From positions 7,475,979 to 7,539,978 of the forward strand of contig OZ199839.1 of the NCBI GenBank assembly GCA_964304625.1: a DNA stretch of 64,000 bases. The letters are read 5' to 3'. Shown piece by piece: positions 30,476 to 45,359 of the stretch. Below the pieces are notes generated by a model. It had not been told where the DNA came from. It saw only the letters and a program-made list of their open reading frames with translations, and made no database searches. The translations under genes were made by a program, and so were the position numbers. The stretch is from Kudoa neothunni. Taxonomy: Eukaryota; Animalia; Cnidaria. Position 1 is the stretch's first letter. Each line of letters starts with the position of its first letter.

Positions 30476-32150
30476 AGCAATATCAAGATGGGCACCGAAG
30501 TAAAGTCTTGTCATGTTAGCTTCAAACAGAATGTCAAAGAGCATTGTTTAGTCGAAGTCTTTGCTCAACCAAGATTATTGAATTAAACTCCATATTGTCA
30601 CCCTACGAGGCTAAAAGTCCTCTTACCTATAACGTGTGAAAATAGTGTTAAACTCACACGCTTTGCTCTTTGGCAAATAATAAGTACGAAGAGAGATGAA
30701 CATAAAGTAATACGCGTGTGTGCTAGATTTTATTTTTGGGTGATGCACGTTTTCACATTTAATGTGATAAAGAAACAGTACACTAGCAGATAATACCGTT
30801 AAAAGAGTTACCATATAAGTTCGTCTTGTATTTTTAACTATTATTAATTATTGATAAACATTCTTGTTCAAATCGTTAACAAAACAATATATCGAATTCA
30901 TATGACGCTTTCAGAAACAAACATCAGTAATGGCCTCGATTATGTTCATAGGAGGATCATCTCGCCTTAGATAACGTTAGTTACAAGGAAATTACTCGAA
31001 CAACAATGTTCGGTTATGTAGAACGAGAGATTTTGTGACATATTTTAATGACATCACTACCATAAAATAACATATTTACTCCGTAATAAATTAAAAATAA
31101 TATATTTTGAAATTATTCACTATATTTATTAACACATATACAGTGGGTGAGCGGTAATACGCATTTTTGCTTTTTCATATAGGATCTACAACTTGTTGAA
31201 CACATCACTTAAGATCGTGTTTATACATTAATTTAATTGAATTTTTACATCTAAAACATAATTTTTGGACAAAAATTAAATAAAAGATTGTAATTTAAAG
31301 GCATTGTTGGGTAATACGCAGCTTTTTTTCCAAAAACGTGATTTTAAAATCGTGCGTTGATATTGGTAGATTTGTATGTATGGTTGACAAAAATCTTCAT
31401 GATATGATTATAATAAATTAGCACCAAAGCCCCGCTTCCTATAATCTCCTTTCCCGGTCAAGTAGACTAAATCCTTGAGTAGGCCAAGGCCATTTTAAAT
31501 TTATAGTAAATTAAGAGTATTCGGACAAATAGAACAAAGATTACACATATAAAATTAAATTTATTTGACTAATATAAAAATGATGTAATACCCGAAAATA
31601 AACATTTATTAATTAGTTTTTGGTTATAAAATATAATAATTCGCCATTTATTTATAATCTACTGAAATACCAAATTTTGATATGTGAATATATGATCTAC
31701 TTAGGTTTCTTGAGTGTTAATTGTTACGTTTTACATATTACGTTCACAAACAAGTACGTTTAAAGAAAGTAAACATAAATATCAAATGAGTTTACTTTAA
31801 TTTATTTTAATTTTGTAACGCATTAATATATAAAACGCGGCAACCAATGAATTCTGAATTAATATTTTGCTACCCAACCTATTATTACCTTCCTTATTTG
31901 AACTAATTAAAATATCAAGTTATTTTTTTATAATTTTAACGAAATGATCTATATGTTTGCATAAATCCTCAAATCATACCACGTGACAACGTTGTTTGTT
32001 TTTTTGTAGGATGCAAACCTTTTATAATTGTTTATGTAGTTTTCTGCGTTAAAATTTCCGTTTTCATTGATTATTAATTAATACGTTTATGGATGGGTCG
32101 CCCCTTATAATATTACCGCATTAGATAGATAAAGCCGACAATGTATACTA

Positions 32151-34337
32151 CAGTCGAACCTCGTTTAACCGAAAATCGGATATCCGAACGATTTTTTAAA
32201 ATTTATTTGAAATCGGTGTATATTTTAAATGAAAAAATTTTGTCTAACAGAAAATTCAATAATCGCAATCCGAAACAACTTCTTGCTGGAATTTTCGAAT
32301 AAAGTGCTTTTCGCACATACCCATTTTATGTTAAATACGACTAAATGTAACTTTAATATAACTTTATTTGAGAAGTTTTGTGGGTGCGATCATAATTAAT
32401 TAACATAAAAAACTTTATAATTTCAAACGAATGAGTTTTGATTTAAATTTAGGGAATCATTTTATAACCGGTTTGAGTATGAGTAAAGTTAGTCTAACGT
32501 CGCGTAGTTTAAAAATGTAAACAATGCGTGGCCAGGAGCCTCCAAGAGTTGTTTTAAAGTCAAGCGGTAAAGAATTTATCTGTGAAATGTAAGTAAGCAA
32601 ATAATCCAAAAAAGACTCTATCCGAAGTATCGCATGCTTTTTACAAGGAAAAAGATTGAAAATTGGGAAAGCACTATTGCAGTCATTCTATCTACACAAC
32701 TCCAATAAATGGAATATGATGGAATCTTCGAATCAAATGACATCTCGGGGCGGGGGAAAATGACAAACTTGAAAAGGCCCTTTACTTATGGATATATCAA
32801 GTCAATTCACAAAACGTGTGTATTAATGGGAATATTATTGTGGAAAAAACAAAATGATTCGCCACCAAACTCTGAATAAAGGATATTTCCTTTTCTTCTG
32901 GATGACTTCATCTTTTTAAGAAACGATATAAAATTTCGTCTAAACATGTTAAAGGAGATGCTGGTTCTGTGGCCATTGAAGATGTTGAGGAAACAAGAAA
33001 TGAGCCTAAAGCCGCCTTCAAATCCTATTCTAAAAATGATATTTATAAAGCGGATGAAACCGGGTTATTCTATCATCCGGGGTCAAACAGAACTCTTTCA
33101 AGTTTTCACCGATCTGGAACCAAAAATTCAAAAGATCGTATCACCATACTCTTTTGTTTGAATGAATCCGGCACACACAAAATACACCTTTAGTGATTGG
33201 GAAATCAATGAAACTACGATGTTTCAAACATTTCGACCCAACACATTATGCATTATGTGACGTACAACTCCAACACAAAGGCATGGGTGACCTCCATTAC
33301 CTTCGAAGGTTTTCTAAACAATTTAAATTCCATGATGAAGTCCCAAACAGGCACATTCTTCTGTTGCTCGATAATGCAACAAGCCATAATCAAGCTGATC
33401 TCTCTAATGTAAAAATTATGATGTTACCTCCAAAGTTAACATCTCACTTGCAACCTCTTGATGCTGGAATAGTCAAGTCATTCAAATCAAAATATAGAAC
33501 GTTGGTTACCAAAAAAATTTATTGAGAAAATAGAAAGTGATAATAAACTTAATATAAATTTACAAGATGCAATAAGATTTACTCATGAATCATGGAATTC
33601 TGTTTCTCAGAGTACCATTCAAAATTGTTGGATTCATACTGGAATAGTTCCCGGTAAAGATGTCATTCTACTAATGATGATTTACTAAGTGATCTTCTAA
33701 AAGTTATCCCTACATGCCGTTACCAAAGTGCTAGAGAATATGTAGACTGCAACAAGGAATTAACAACGGTGAAATTATTACTGAGGAAGAAATTATCGAA
33801 ATCATAAAAGATGATGATGATGATGATAATAACTCTATATTATCCGAAGATGCTGATATAGAAACCCCAGTTATCAGCGATCGAAAAGCTATCACCACTA
33901 CCATAAAATATATCGAACAACTCAGAGTTCATGACTTAGAAAGTGAGAGAAAATTAAAAGACGAATTAATAACCATACTGACTCGATTCAAATGAAATTT
34001 TGAAAGGTCTAACTTCGGAAAAATGGAACAAACACTTATTTATTTAGATAATCAGTAAATAAATTATAATGTATAATCATATATAAATTAATCTGTCACA
34101 GTTTCCCGGCATTTGATTGTTTGTGCTTCATTCCTTGTGTATTTTTCAAATTTTATTTAAAATATTTATTTCATCAGAATAAATAAAAGGCCGCAGAATT
34201 GGTTAATGTAGTTTTACAAACAAAATAATATTTTAGTTATGCGCATACGTACTCATTGAACCTCGTTTAACCGAAATTTTAGTATCTGAAAGGAAAATGC
34301 CAGGTCCCCAGATTTCCGGATAAAGGGGGTTCGACTG
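32151..34337 (+). mobile_element. pogo/Tigger DNA transposon, full length but inactivated
   Basis: TIRs CAGTCGAACCTCGTTTAACCG / CCGGATAAAGGGGGTTCGACTG with 5' TA; CENP-B-like HTH remnant; ADETGLFY, LLLDNATSH and LQPLDAGIVKSFK (DDE_1). Confidence 0.9.
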
Positions 34338-34479
34338 TTTTTAAGGGTTATTTACCGATTATTATTAGGATTGCGCGAATGATCTCTCCAAGAAGATCTT
34401 TTGGTAAGATTTTTTGCAATGAGGATAAATCTATACAATATCTTATCAATATTAGTATCTTCGAAGCACCAACTAACTG

Positions 34480-35210
34480 TATAAAATGTAATGGAACTAG
34501 CCATTCTATACATCGAAAAAATTGACGATGTTGCACCAAAATGCGAGGAGAAGAAACATCAATTTTGGAGTCAATATCTTTCAGTAATATGAAAATTAAA
34601 CTTCACGATTTTTTGAAGTTATCATATTATTGGTTGGTGGGTGTAAAAAGTGTTAACCTGGGCACAATTACCAATTATTGTCACTATCGTGGCCAGCTGG
34701 TGGCAGATAATCTGGATTTTGAGGATAAAATATAATTGTAGAGATTGATTATTCGAAATTTGGAAAGGGAAAGCATAACAGAGGGCATGGCGTTGACGGA
34801 GCACAGATTCTTGGAGATGTAGAAAGGACATCAGATCGAAAAATGTTTTTGGTGGAGGTTACTGACAGAACCCTTGAGATTTTTATCCAAAAAATTAAAA
34901 TGTACGCCCATCCTGTCTCTATTATCATAATCGATTGCTTCAAAAGTTATGAATACTACACAATTTCTACACTCACCTCATTGTAAATCACAGTAGAGAA
35001 TATGTGGATGATACCACAGAAGCTCATACAAACACCATTGAAGGCACTTGGGATGCTATCAATTATAAAATATCATAAAGAAACAGGACATCTTCGGTTA
35101 ATGAAGATGGTTCTGTCAGTATGGATGGTGTCAACGAATTTCTCGGTGAATTTCAATGGAGAAGGAAAAACAATAACGATTTATGGGGTGGCTTTATATC
35201 ATCGTTAAAA
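34480..35210 (+). mobile_element. Merlin (ISXO2-like) transposase pseudogene
   Basis: Across frameshifts: SKFGKGKHNRGHGVDG, FLVEVTDRT, DCFKSY, VNHSREYVD..HTNTIEGTW. Confidence 0.85.
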
Positions 35211-35379
35211 AAATTTTAATTTGCTACAAATTCAATTAAATTTGTATTTGTTGTGTTTTTCATATTTTCTTTCGATTGCGCTAATCCTATGTTAGTTTGA
35301 GATTAGGGGGTTTATATTGAAGCTCAGCCATTTTATCTTTCCATATGTGTGCTCAAATTGGGCGGTATGTCTGTCTATA

Positions 35380-36400
35380 AATAATGAAAAATGCACACAC
35401 ACACGGATTTCCGGTTTTCTTTATATAGTTGATGGAGAGACTGGAATCAGGAAATACTTGTTTTATAACTTTCCTTTCCGCAATGTCTTTATCAGTCAGG
35501 AATACCTTGGTTTTTGTTTATATCGTTGGATTGTGCTTCTTCATTGTTTAAAGGGACCAAGAAAAAACTTCTTTGGTCTCTTCAACCAACATTCCAACTG
35601 CGACTACCTCAATAGTCCCTCTAACATCCATAATAGCGGAAAAATATACCGAGGCCCTGAAGTTTAACAGTTTACATGTGGAATCCATCAAAATTATTTC
35701 TGGGTATGCCTGAAGTGGTTTATTCATCCGTGAATCTTGAAAAAAATCTCTTGAACTCATTGTTGTTTTCCAATATCTCTATACATCTTCCTTGTTTATT
35801 AAATTTTTTAAAAGTTCCAGGCTCTTTGTGTATGATTTGAAAAAATATTTCATGTTAGGCAGTTTTTCTCGTAATATTTATATTTGTTCTTGGATTACTT
35901 TGGAATTTCCGTTAACTTGAACAAATTGAGCGATGTCACTTTCATCCTTTGATATTTTATTTCTATAATGCAAAAATTGTGATGAAAAGTTCATAGAATC
36001 ATGGTTATGGGATAAGTCAAGGGATTTTAGCACAATTTTTTTTCTATCGGCGATGGCTGAAAATTTTAGAAACATTGGACATGCTTTGTAGCAAGAATCC
36101 GAATTTCTTTGGCCAGCAGATCGCATTCTCAAAAATACTTGCAATATTTAATTAAATTTTTGGATAAATTCCGTTTTTTCCGCAATTAAAACAGCAATAT
36201 TTTATATGATGATACTTAAGTATTGGATTTAACGTTTTATCGCATCGCTTCTAGGTGGTTTCGATGGTTTTAGAGTCATATGGATAGACTGTCCATGGAG
36301 TTTTGTTCGTATTCTTCTATTTTCAACTTTAGTTCTTCAAAACTGCCAAAAGTATTTCCGATTTGAAAAATCATATTAAGTTCAACCAAACTCATTTCTT
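35380..36400 (-). mobile_element. Mutator/MULE (ZSWIM3/FAR1-like) transposase remnant
   Basis: CPMFLKF..LSHNH (WRKY/FAR1-like) and YPEIILMDSTCKL..AIMDVRG..VAVGMLVEET. Confidence 0.8.
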
Positions 36401-36649
36401 AAACACACGCGTAGGATTAAAATCAAAATGTTTCTTTAACTATAACCAAATATCTTTAATTGTAACAACTCTGTATTTATGATTTTGGTGGTCTTGTGAA
36501 AAATCTTACATTTTTATACAATAATTTTGTATTACAGTATTAAGGGATGATTACAATAAAATCAACGCACGTTACAATAAAACTAAAACTATTACAATAC
36601 CGGGTTTTTACCCCGAATCCGAACTGTGTGTAGGTCAAATCCGGATTTG

Positions 36650-37630
36650 TAGTGACCAAGATGCCAAAAAGAATCTAACATCTGAATTCAATTAGCGAAG
36701 CTTCGGTATATCTTATCGTCCAGAAAGGTAAATCCCAGAAAGAAGTTTCTGAAGATTTAAAAATTCCGCGCTCTTCACTGAGCGATGTTATTAAAAAATA
36801 CGACTTAAAGGAAACTCATTTAAAGGACTAAAAAGATGGAGCAAAAAACGCCAAATTAACTAATGATGTTCAACGATGGCTTCTTTCTATCATTCTGAGT
36901 GGGATTATAGAAAAACTTGGAGTACAAGTCTGTCAATCTACTATATACCAGTGGTTTAAAAAGTCAAATATATCTTTAAAATGACGAGGTCGATTCCTAA
37001 AAGTAGAAATTGTTCTAGCGTAAAAGCAGAAATGTTAGAGTACGTCAATTGGTATACAGGAATCCCCATCAACTTATGATACAGCAATCTAATTTTCGTT
37101 GATTAGAGTCCCTTTTCTCTACACCACATACGATCCATTGGATGTTCTCTTATCCGGGATACTCCAAACCCTATTTTACCTAATAATCGAGGACGAAATC
37201 TCACAATGATTTTGGCTGTAAACGCTGTAAATGTGGTTTTGTCGGAAGCTATCCAGGAAAGTGTCAATACCGAAATTTTTCAAGCATTTTTAAAAAAGGT
37301 TGCTGATACTTTAGGAAACGAAAATTTTACTATTGTCATGGTCAATGTAAGGTTCCGTCAAAGTAATCAAGAGTTTTGCGACAACTACGACCATGAAATT
37401 CGTTACTTACCACGTAACTCGCCATTTTAGAATCGTAGCGATGAAGTTTTTTCCAAAATAAAATCCTTGGTTAGAAAAGATGGCCCAATTAATGGAAACC
37501 TGGGTTTGATCAAAAGAATGGCTGATGCTTCAAACCGACTAACGGAAAGTGACTTAAAAGGATACTTTCAACATCGCGAGTCGTTTCATGGTAAATGCCA
37601 CACACCCAAGATATCGGTAGAGTTTAACAA
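36650..37630 (+). mobile_element. Tc1/IS630-type transposase pseudogene
   Basis: RGRNLTMILAVN, IVMVNVRFR and YLPRNSPF motifs; stops and frameshifts. Confidence 0.8.
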
Positions 37631-38249
37631 ATTAATTATTTAATTATGATATCTTAGTCAATTATTAGTGTTCTCTATTCTAAAAATACTAGTTTTAATG
37701 TTTATAAATTAAGGTGGATTAGATCCCAAATGCATATACCATATACCGTAGGAAATCGATTTTTCGTCCTTTTCGGAGCATGCGCGCCTTAAGGATTACG
37801 ATAGTTGAGAGTGATTTAAATGGTTTTTCATTAAAATTTATCTCATTTAATACAAATAATTAAAAATAAACCCGTTTAATACTATTATTGATATGAGTAA
37901 ATTTAATTTTTTTATATTTTAATTGACATTCAACATTTATTTCAAAATCTTATTTATTTTATGTATAAATTTTCTTTATAATTTCATATTTGTGATTAAA
38001 TCGAAATTTATTCTGTTTTAAGTTTGGAGTTGGGTGATTTCGAATTAAATTATTGCCGAGACAAGAAACGATAATAATGGGTTTTTATCTTGTCTCATGA
38101 ATTTTTATCAATTTCGATAATCAATAATGAAAAATTGCTAATGGGAACCGAAAAATAACTGAGAAACGAATTTATGAATCGCCTTTGTTGAAATAATCAG
38201 TTATCTTAGTTTGGCTATATTTTGTTGAATAATATTTTTGACATCGTAC

Positions 38250-39700
38250 TTTCCAACTTTATGCACAAGTTGTACACATCAATTGTATTACGCTTTACGA
38301 AGCTTTAAAGTTTTTGAATTGATTCTATAACTTGCTTCGAAGAAATATCATCGATTGGTAAATCTTAGGATACACCGTCATCATCATCATCATCATTGTG
38401 ATTCTTTTACCTTTTCTGTGATATGCTGTAAGCTAACTGAATCTCCGTTATCCATAGAAAATTATTGTGCTCCTCTAGAATCATCTCTTCAATTTCCGCA
38501 TCAATTTCTGTTAGTTTAGTTCAGGAAGCGTAATTTCATAATTTATATCTTTATCATTAGCAGAAGAATATCTAGCTTTGAAACAATTTAATAAGGTCTT
38601 ATTGCTAACAGAATCTCACGCTTCTTTAGTTAAAAATATAGATTCCAGATAATCCGGGGAGGTTGGGAGAGAGTCAGCTTCTGTGAATGCAAAGAACTTT
38701 TTTATAATTTCTCTTTTATATGCCGCATTGAACGAGTGGATAGTACCTTGATTTAAGGGCCGCAAAACGCTTATTGTATTTTGAGGAAGAAAAACCATTT
38801 TATATGGCTTAAATTATTGTGGAACTTAGAAATTGTATTGTCGAATATAAAACAATTTTATTGAAATTTATTCAAGAAACTTATTTTAACCAGTTGTATA
38901 TTTTATAAACATATAATCAATCATTCATGCTTTTTCGCGACACTCATTTAGTAGAAGATTTTTTACATTTTTGGAGCACCTCGATCTGGCAGAATGCCAA
39001 ATAATCAAAGGATCGAGTTTCTTTACTAAATATGAAAGCATCAAAGAGGATTGTTGTTCTTTTTTTCTCTTTATTTATTCGGTTATAGGCATTCTGCTTA
39101 GTTGTGACATAACTTTCCCCTAAAACTATGAAAACATATCCAAACAAAAATTTTAGCTCCGTGTTGCTGATAGTATAGCGCAGCTTCGTCGATTTTAAAA
39201 ATAAAATCGGATGAGCAGCCGTTTATTATATCCAATAACATCGGAATCCATTTTTAATTGTTTCGCTGTCAACGATACAAAAATCATCATGATAATTTTG
39301 CCATTTTAGATTGAATACTGATTAAAACCCTTTAAACTTAAACCGTCGGTTATTATTGAATCCACACACGAATCATCTGAGCATAATCCTCTCATTTTAT
39401 TAATTATATCAATAGATGTTAGATCTATTTTTTGAACGCATCAAATTAATCCACTCAAACTTCTCAGAATCAAGCTCTTTGTTGGTACTATATTTAAATT
39501 TTTTTCGGCGAAGCTAGCCTACTTTCATGGGGTTTCACTATTTCTTCTCTCTTATTAAGAATGCCATCCAATGTTGAAATTGTTGGAAGTTTAAATATTG
39601 AACAGTAGCATCTTTCGCGCCCTTATTAAGTAAGTGTTCAAAAAATTCGTTTATTTCAAATTCTCCCTTAATTATTATGATTTTTTGATTTTTTGTGCCA
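38250..39700 (-). mobile_element. pogo/Tigger transposase remnant
   Basis: FLPQNTISVLRPLNQGTIHSFNAAYKR (DDE_1 C-terminal motif) and an acidic tail. Confidence 0.75.
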
Positions 39701-42300
39701 TCTGAAAACTACTAAAAACCCGCAAATTCCCTCAAAAATTCCAAAAAAAGTACGTAAAATCCGCAACAATGGATTTTTTGTGTTTTCCTTATTTTTTCTT
39801 TATTTGTAAATCTTCTTTAATTAAATTTTAATATGATATTCTAATATTGAATCTTTACTTTTACGAAAATTTTAAGAGTAAACGAGAATTTAAAAAGTAC
39901 GAAAAATCGATTGTCTACTTTATCTTTAAATTATTAATTTCTGTTATATTTATCGTACTAAAAATTTACTCAAAACAGTTTAAATTGATTGGTCCGGATT
40001 CGGAGTAAAAACTTTAATTACTAAGATAATTACAAGTTAAATTAGAACTAAAAATATTCATTTGAATAAATAAATAACTCTTAAACTCAATAAAAAGATT
40101 TTTAGGGGTCATTTAGTCGAAGCAATATTACATTATATAGAATATTTTTATCAAATATGCTCCGACAACAAATTAAGTAAACAATTGCAAGTTGTTTTGG
40201 TAATGGTATATTGTGTGACGCCTAAAATTCACCATGACCAAGCATGCTTTTCGATTTGATTTATTCGTGATTATTCTATACATAAAAAAGAATATGACGC
40301 AATGAAAAAACAACTCCAAATAATTATCTAAAAGTTCCAATATTTACCGTGTTATAATTTTCATGTTGTCAATTTAAGCTGGTTTATGTTTATCGAAAAA
40401 ATCCAGTCACCCTTTGTAATTGGTTAAATCCGTAAGGGAAACCATTTTTAGTTAGAAATTAATATAACAAATTTTTTATAGTTAGAATATCGTGTATTTA
40501 GATTTTAAATGTGTAAATAATAAGAGCAATCCATAAAACGAATATTAACGGCAAATTGTATTTTTGAAATTACAACATTATTCTGTTTAAACATTTTTAG
40601 TTTTATAATTATTTTTAAAGTATACACACTTTGAATTTCTTGCATATGTTTCTGTCTATGTAAAAATGTATGTTTATTTCGCGGTATTACCCAATTAACA
40701 CGGTGTTTTCATTTTCGTATAGAATTTTCTTTCAATAAATTAAATGCATTATTAATTTAAATATTGGCATAACGTTTCAATGACGTCCTAAACATAATTC
40801 ATTTCTTAAGAGAATATATTACATCAAATTATTTAAGATTATGAAATCATTATCGTTGTTAATATCTAATTTTTGACTTTCGGCACCTAATAATTCACTA
40901 ATTTTTTACGAACCTTTAATTCTTGAAAATATAATTTTTATGCCTAACGAAAACAAATTCAACTAATTGATATAAATCTAGAGTTGATAAACCATTCAGC
41001 ATAATTTATTGTCAACAATACAAAACTAAGGTATTTACTTACATCTTTAAGAATAAAAGGTATTGTTACATAAATTTGAAAATATATTTCATATATGTTT
41101 AGGATTAAATCTTCAGGAGAAATGAGACAATTAATAGTACTACATAAAATTTTCCTTAATGGTTAAATTCAACCTTGCAAGAAGAACTGTGTTTAATACG
41201 TGTATAGGTAATTGTATTGTATACTATTTCTTTCTTATACTGCTGTTGATTTTATAAGCTGTATTAAATATTATGAGCGCATATATAAACGAAGCGAATT
41301 GAGGCTCATACAAGTACTACAACTCACACGTTTTTAATTTATTAACGGATAATTTATTTAAAAATAAAAATGGTTGTAAAATAATTTATAATTATACAAA
41401 AATGATCATCGTCCTTGATTACTTGGGATGCCATAATTTGGGGTTAATTAAATGCATCAAATACATTACTACAGTCAAGAAATATTTTTCGGCAAATAGA
41501 ATAAAATATTTTAGAACTTTCTCAACCTTAAGCTATAGAAAAACTGATATTTATCTCAGAAAAAACTAGCAATCATTATTTCATAACCCAGCTTAAATTG
41601 ACAAAATGAAGATAATAACACGGAAAATATTGGAATTTTGAGATAATTATTTTGATTTGTTTTTCTATTGCTCCCAATTCTTTTTTTACGTACAGAATAG
41701 CCGGCAAAAAGTCAAAGCGAAAAACATACGCGGTCATAATGAATTTTAGGAGTGACACCGTATACCATTATTGTTGTTTTATATCAGACCACATAGATTA
41801 ACTACATTAAAAAGCTCAAAAATTAAATAAAACAATTTTTTCGGGCAATAGACATTGCCAATCAAAAGATAATTGAATTTTGAATATACGCACTGTGTAT
41901 TACCCATCATTGTTGGCTAATTCGCACATTTTATCCAGTCTCGAAGGGATTACGTATTAACCCTCTCCCACTATATAACATTCCATTCCTATTTATGTTT
42001 TCATCTAACATTATATCCACTGTTATTGAGTTTATTTTAAAAGTATCTTTGTAATGATTCTTAGATCCATTACTGATCGATTCAACGTTAATACGATCCA
42101 TGAAAAATTCGAGTAATAAACATTGTCCTATAGTCATATTAGTTTTATGTTTTTCTATATTTGGATTTATGAAAGTCAACGTTGAAATTCAATATGTTTT
42201 AAATATTGATTTAATTGTCTTTTGAACTCTTTTATTTATTAAACTATTCAAAGTTTACGTTTCTCTAAATCATTATTAATTAATAGATTTTATCTCAAAA

Positions 42301-42329
42301 TCCCGAGCGAAGCCATGTTATTGCGCTAG
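42301..42329 (+). mobile_element. Helitron-like 3' terminus
   Basis: CCCGAGCGAAGCCATG..TTGCGCTAG|T, the same ending as at 24257. Confidence 0.5.
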
Positions 42330-42888
42330 TACATATTAGTAAAATAAAAGAAGTATTTTCGGATCGTTACGAATATTATAGCTTACAAGCTAATTATACA
42401 ATGAATCGGTTTTTTGAATCGTTTAAAAAATTTTTGTCTTACCAATGATAAGATGTTTCCTTTGATTGTAGCATTAATCTATGTATTTTACTTTAATAAA
42501 AATTTTACTCTAACTTATGCAATAACATAAATATATTGCATTAATATCAATTACGAAATCATTCCAGGCAATAAATGAATTTAATGTGATATAAAACAAA
42601 TTTTGAGCAATGACATATTTTTGGAAGATTTAGAATAAAATGATCTCATTTAATCTTTGTTTAAGATAAATATACATAACGCCCAAATTTTAATAAAAAT
42701 AAATGATAATTATTCTACAAGTTTAACAGTTTCCACATTTCGGCAATACAAAATTTTTCAACCGAATCGATATATATTTGAAGCTAATGAAATAAACTAT
42801 AATGTAACTATTTTATCATCCAACCAGTAGAACAATAAAACTAATTAATTGAAAACCACATCGAGCATAATCGACGGCGGATATAATC

Positions 42889-45322
42889 TTAGCGGCCAGC
42901 CTCAGCGCCCCGAACATCATATTTTTCGGTGGTCCTTGTGTGTATCACTAAATAATAGGCCAAAACCGATGTTAGAATAAGTAGCACTAGTCCTAATATG
43001 ATCCCAATAATCATTCCAATTTTTCCTGTGGAAGCAACTTTGTCATTAGTATTATAAAGTTGGGTTCTCCTGAAAAAGGTAGTCCAAGGGATTCCCCTTA
43101 CCTTTTATTCGGATGTTGAAATATTTGAAAATATAATTAAAGTAACTATAATGGTGCTGTTTTTTTGTTGTAGCCGTGCTTTCTGTAAGAAGTAGGTAAG
43201 ATAGAGGAAATGAAAACATTCTTCTGCCCTATTAATTCACTTAGTACAATAAATTTGTTATCAAATGGACAAAACAAGCTTACATTTGTTTGAGGTGCGC
43301 ATCGTTAATCCAGATCATGGTGCATTGATTTTTAATGAGAGTGCTGGATGTTTTTTCGTTAAGGAAACCTTGAACCTCCTTTGAAGTAATGTTTAACCTG
43401 ACTTGGATCTACAATCGTTGTAGTGAACAATAATTTTTATTGATATCAAATTTATACGATTATTTGATTAATTAAATTAGAAAAATGAAGTGTTTGTCTT
43501 TAGCCACAAAATATTTCAACATATCAGTAGCTAAGAGATTTTAAAAATTTTTACTTTAACCTTCTAATAACACAAAATCAGTCCCCTTCGAGTAACAAAT
43601 ACAAATACTATAAGGTTTACCGATCAGTATGAGATTTTTTGCAATCAGTGTGAGAAGTTATTCACTAATCTTAGACTTCCTCGTGTTAAAATAAGATTTT
43701 CCCCATTAAGATGTGGACCAAAAAAAGAGGTGTAAATTTAGTTGCCTAATAGCTGGACTTGTTGCAATCACACGAGGTTACGAGAAACATTCTGTCGAGC
43801 GGTTAAGTCACTATGTATTCACTATTAATTAATTTAAAGTAAATTTATAAACATTGTTTATTAGTAAAATGTTCTTGTAAATATTTTATATATTCGAATT
43901 TTTAGTATTTAATTTAATTACGGAAATAGTCAACCCAATAAAAACAAAGTAATCATTAGCGATGATGATAGGATAAAAATCATAAGCAAATCGTTGGAAG
44001 GAATATCGGCGAAACAGATTTCTGAAAATCTTTCACTTAACTACAAGACCGTTTGGATAATAATCGGCAATTACAACACAAATGGTGTTGTAAATGTTCA
44101 GAAACGTGGAGGTAACAGGAAATCGAAGTTAACTTCCGATCAGAAATTAGAAATTTTAACTTGTATTGACCGTAAATGTTTGCCGCGGCTGAACGATATC
44201 ACCAGATAAATCATCGAAAAGTTTGGAATCTCATTCAATATAAATACAGTTGGCAAAATTATCCGGGACTTCCATTACACTAAAATCCGCCGTCCCATTT
44301 CCCGAAAGAAGAAATTGTTAATCCACTATTGAAACGAGATTCAAATATGCTAAAGATTTTAGGGAATATGAGCTGAAGACAGAGGATAAAAACGTCAGAT
44401 TTATAGACGAGATTGGGTTAATGTGGTGACGAGACCAAAAAAAGGTCGTTCAGCAAGAGGGGTTTAGCCGTATCTTTCTGTTTCAACTTCCTGCAGTAGA
44501 AATATTTCGGTCACGTCTGATATGAATAGTATGGCATGATATATCACGAAATTCATAATAAGGCAGTGAATGGTGAATATTTTTGAAAATGTTTTATTGA
44601 AACAAAGAATGCATGCTTATGCATAGATATAAACGACCCAATTTTTATTCTTGATAACGCACGTATCTATCATTATAACGGACTCAATGACACAATGGAC
44701 TCATTCCGACTTAAATTGTTTTTCCTGTCATACGTTTCTCCGTTCCTAAACCCTGTAGAGAATATTTTTTCTGTGTGGAAACATATAGTTATAAGGGCAG
44801 AAGAAAAAAATGGGATAAAAATAGAAGAATTAATATTATCTAAATTTAACGAAATTAATGGCTCCCATTGTGAGAGCTTCTATACGAAGATGTTAAAATA
44901 TTTACAAAAGGCAGAAAACAAGAAATAATAAATAAACAATTTATTTTCTGCTATTATTAGATTTATTATATCGATATATTGGAGAGAGTTTTCTGCGCAG
45001 AATTTAAGTTTTACGTAATTGGAGACTTAAATATTTCAATAATCAAACTTACCTTAATGAATACCACATAATATCACATTGGTTGCGTAAAACCTCATAT
45101 TGATCGAGAAATCCTATAAATGAGGTCGAAATTGATCTCAATTACTTTTTGTATCTCTCATCTATTTATACTATTTTCTAACCATAATTAAAATAAAATA
45201 AAAAATTTACGAATTTTCATTATTAATTTTGCGTTTAAACTTTTCGGCATGTGCGTGCAGGGGTGATCAAAAATTAATTGCAATTAATTGATTGCAATCA
45301 AGTTTATAAGAAAAATTATCTA

Positions 45323-45359
<37 letters not shown>

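Noticed and set aside
41576-42179. Minus-strand ORF fragments near the Helitron-like end
   Set aside because: Interrupted by stops, no recognisable family motif; probably an unclassified TE remnant
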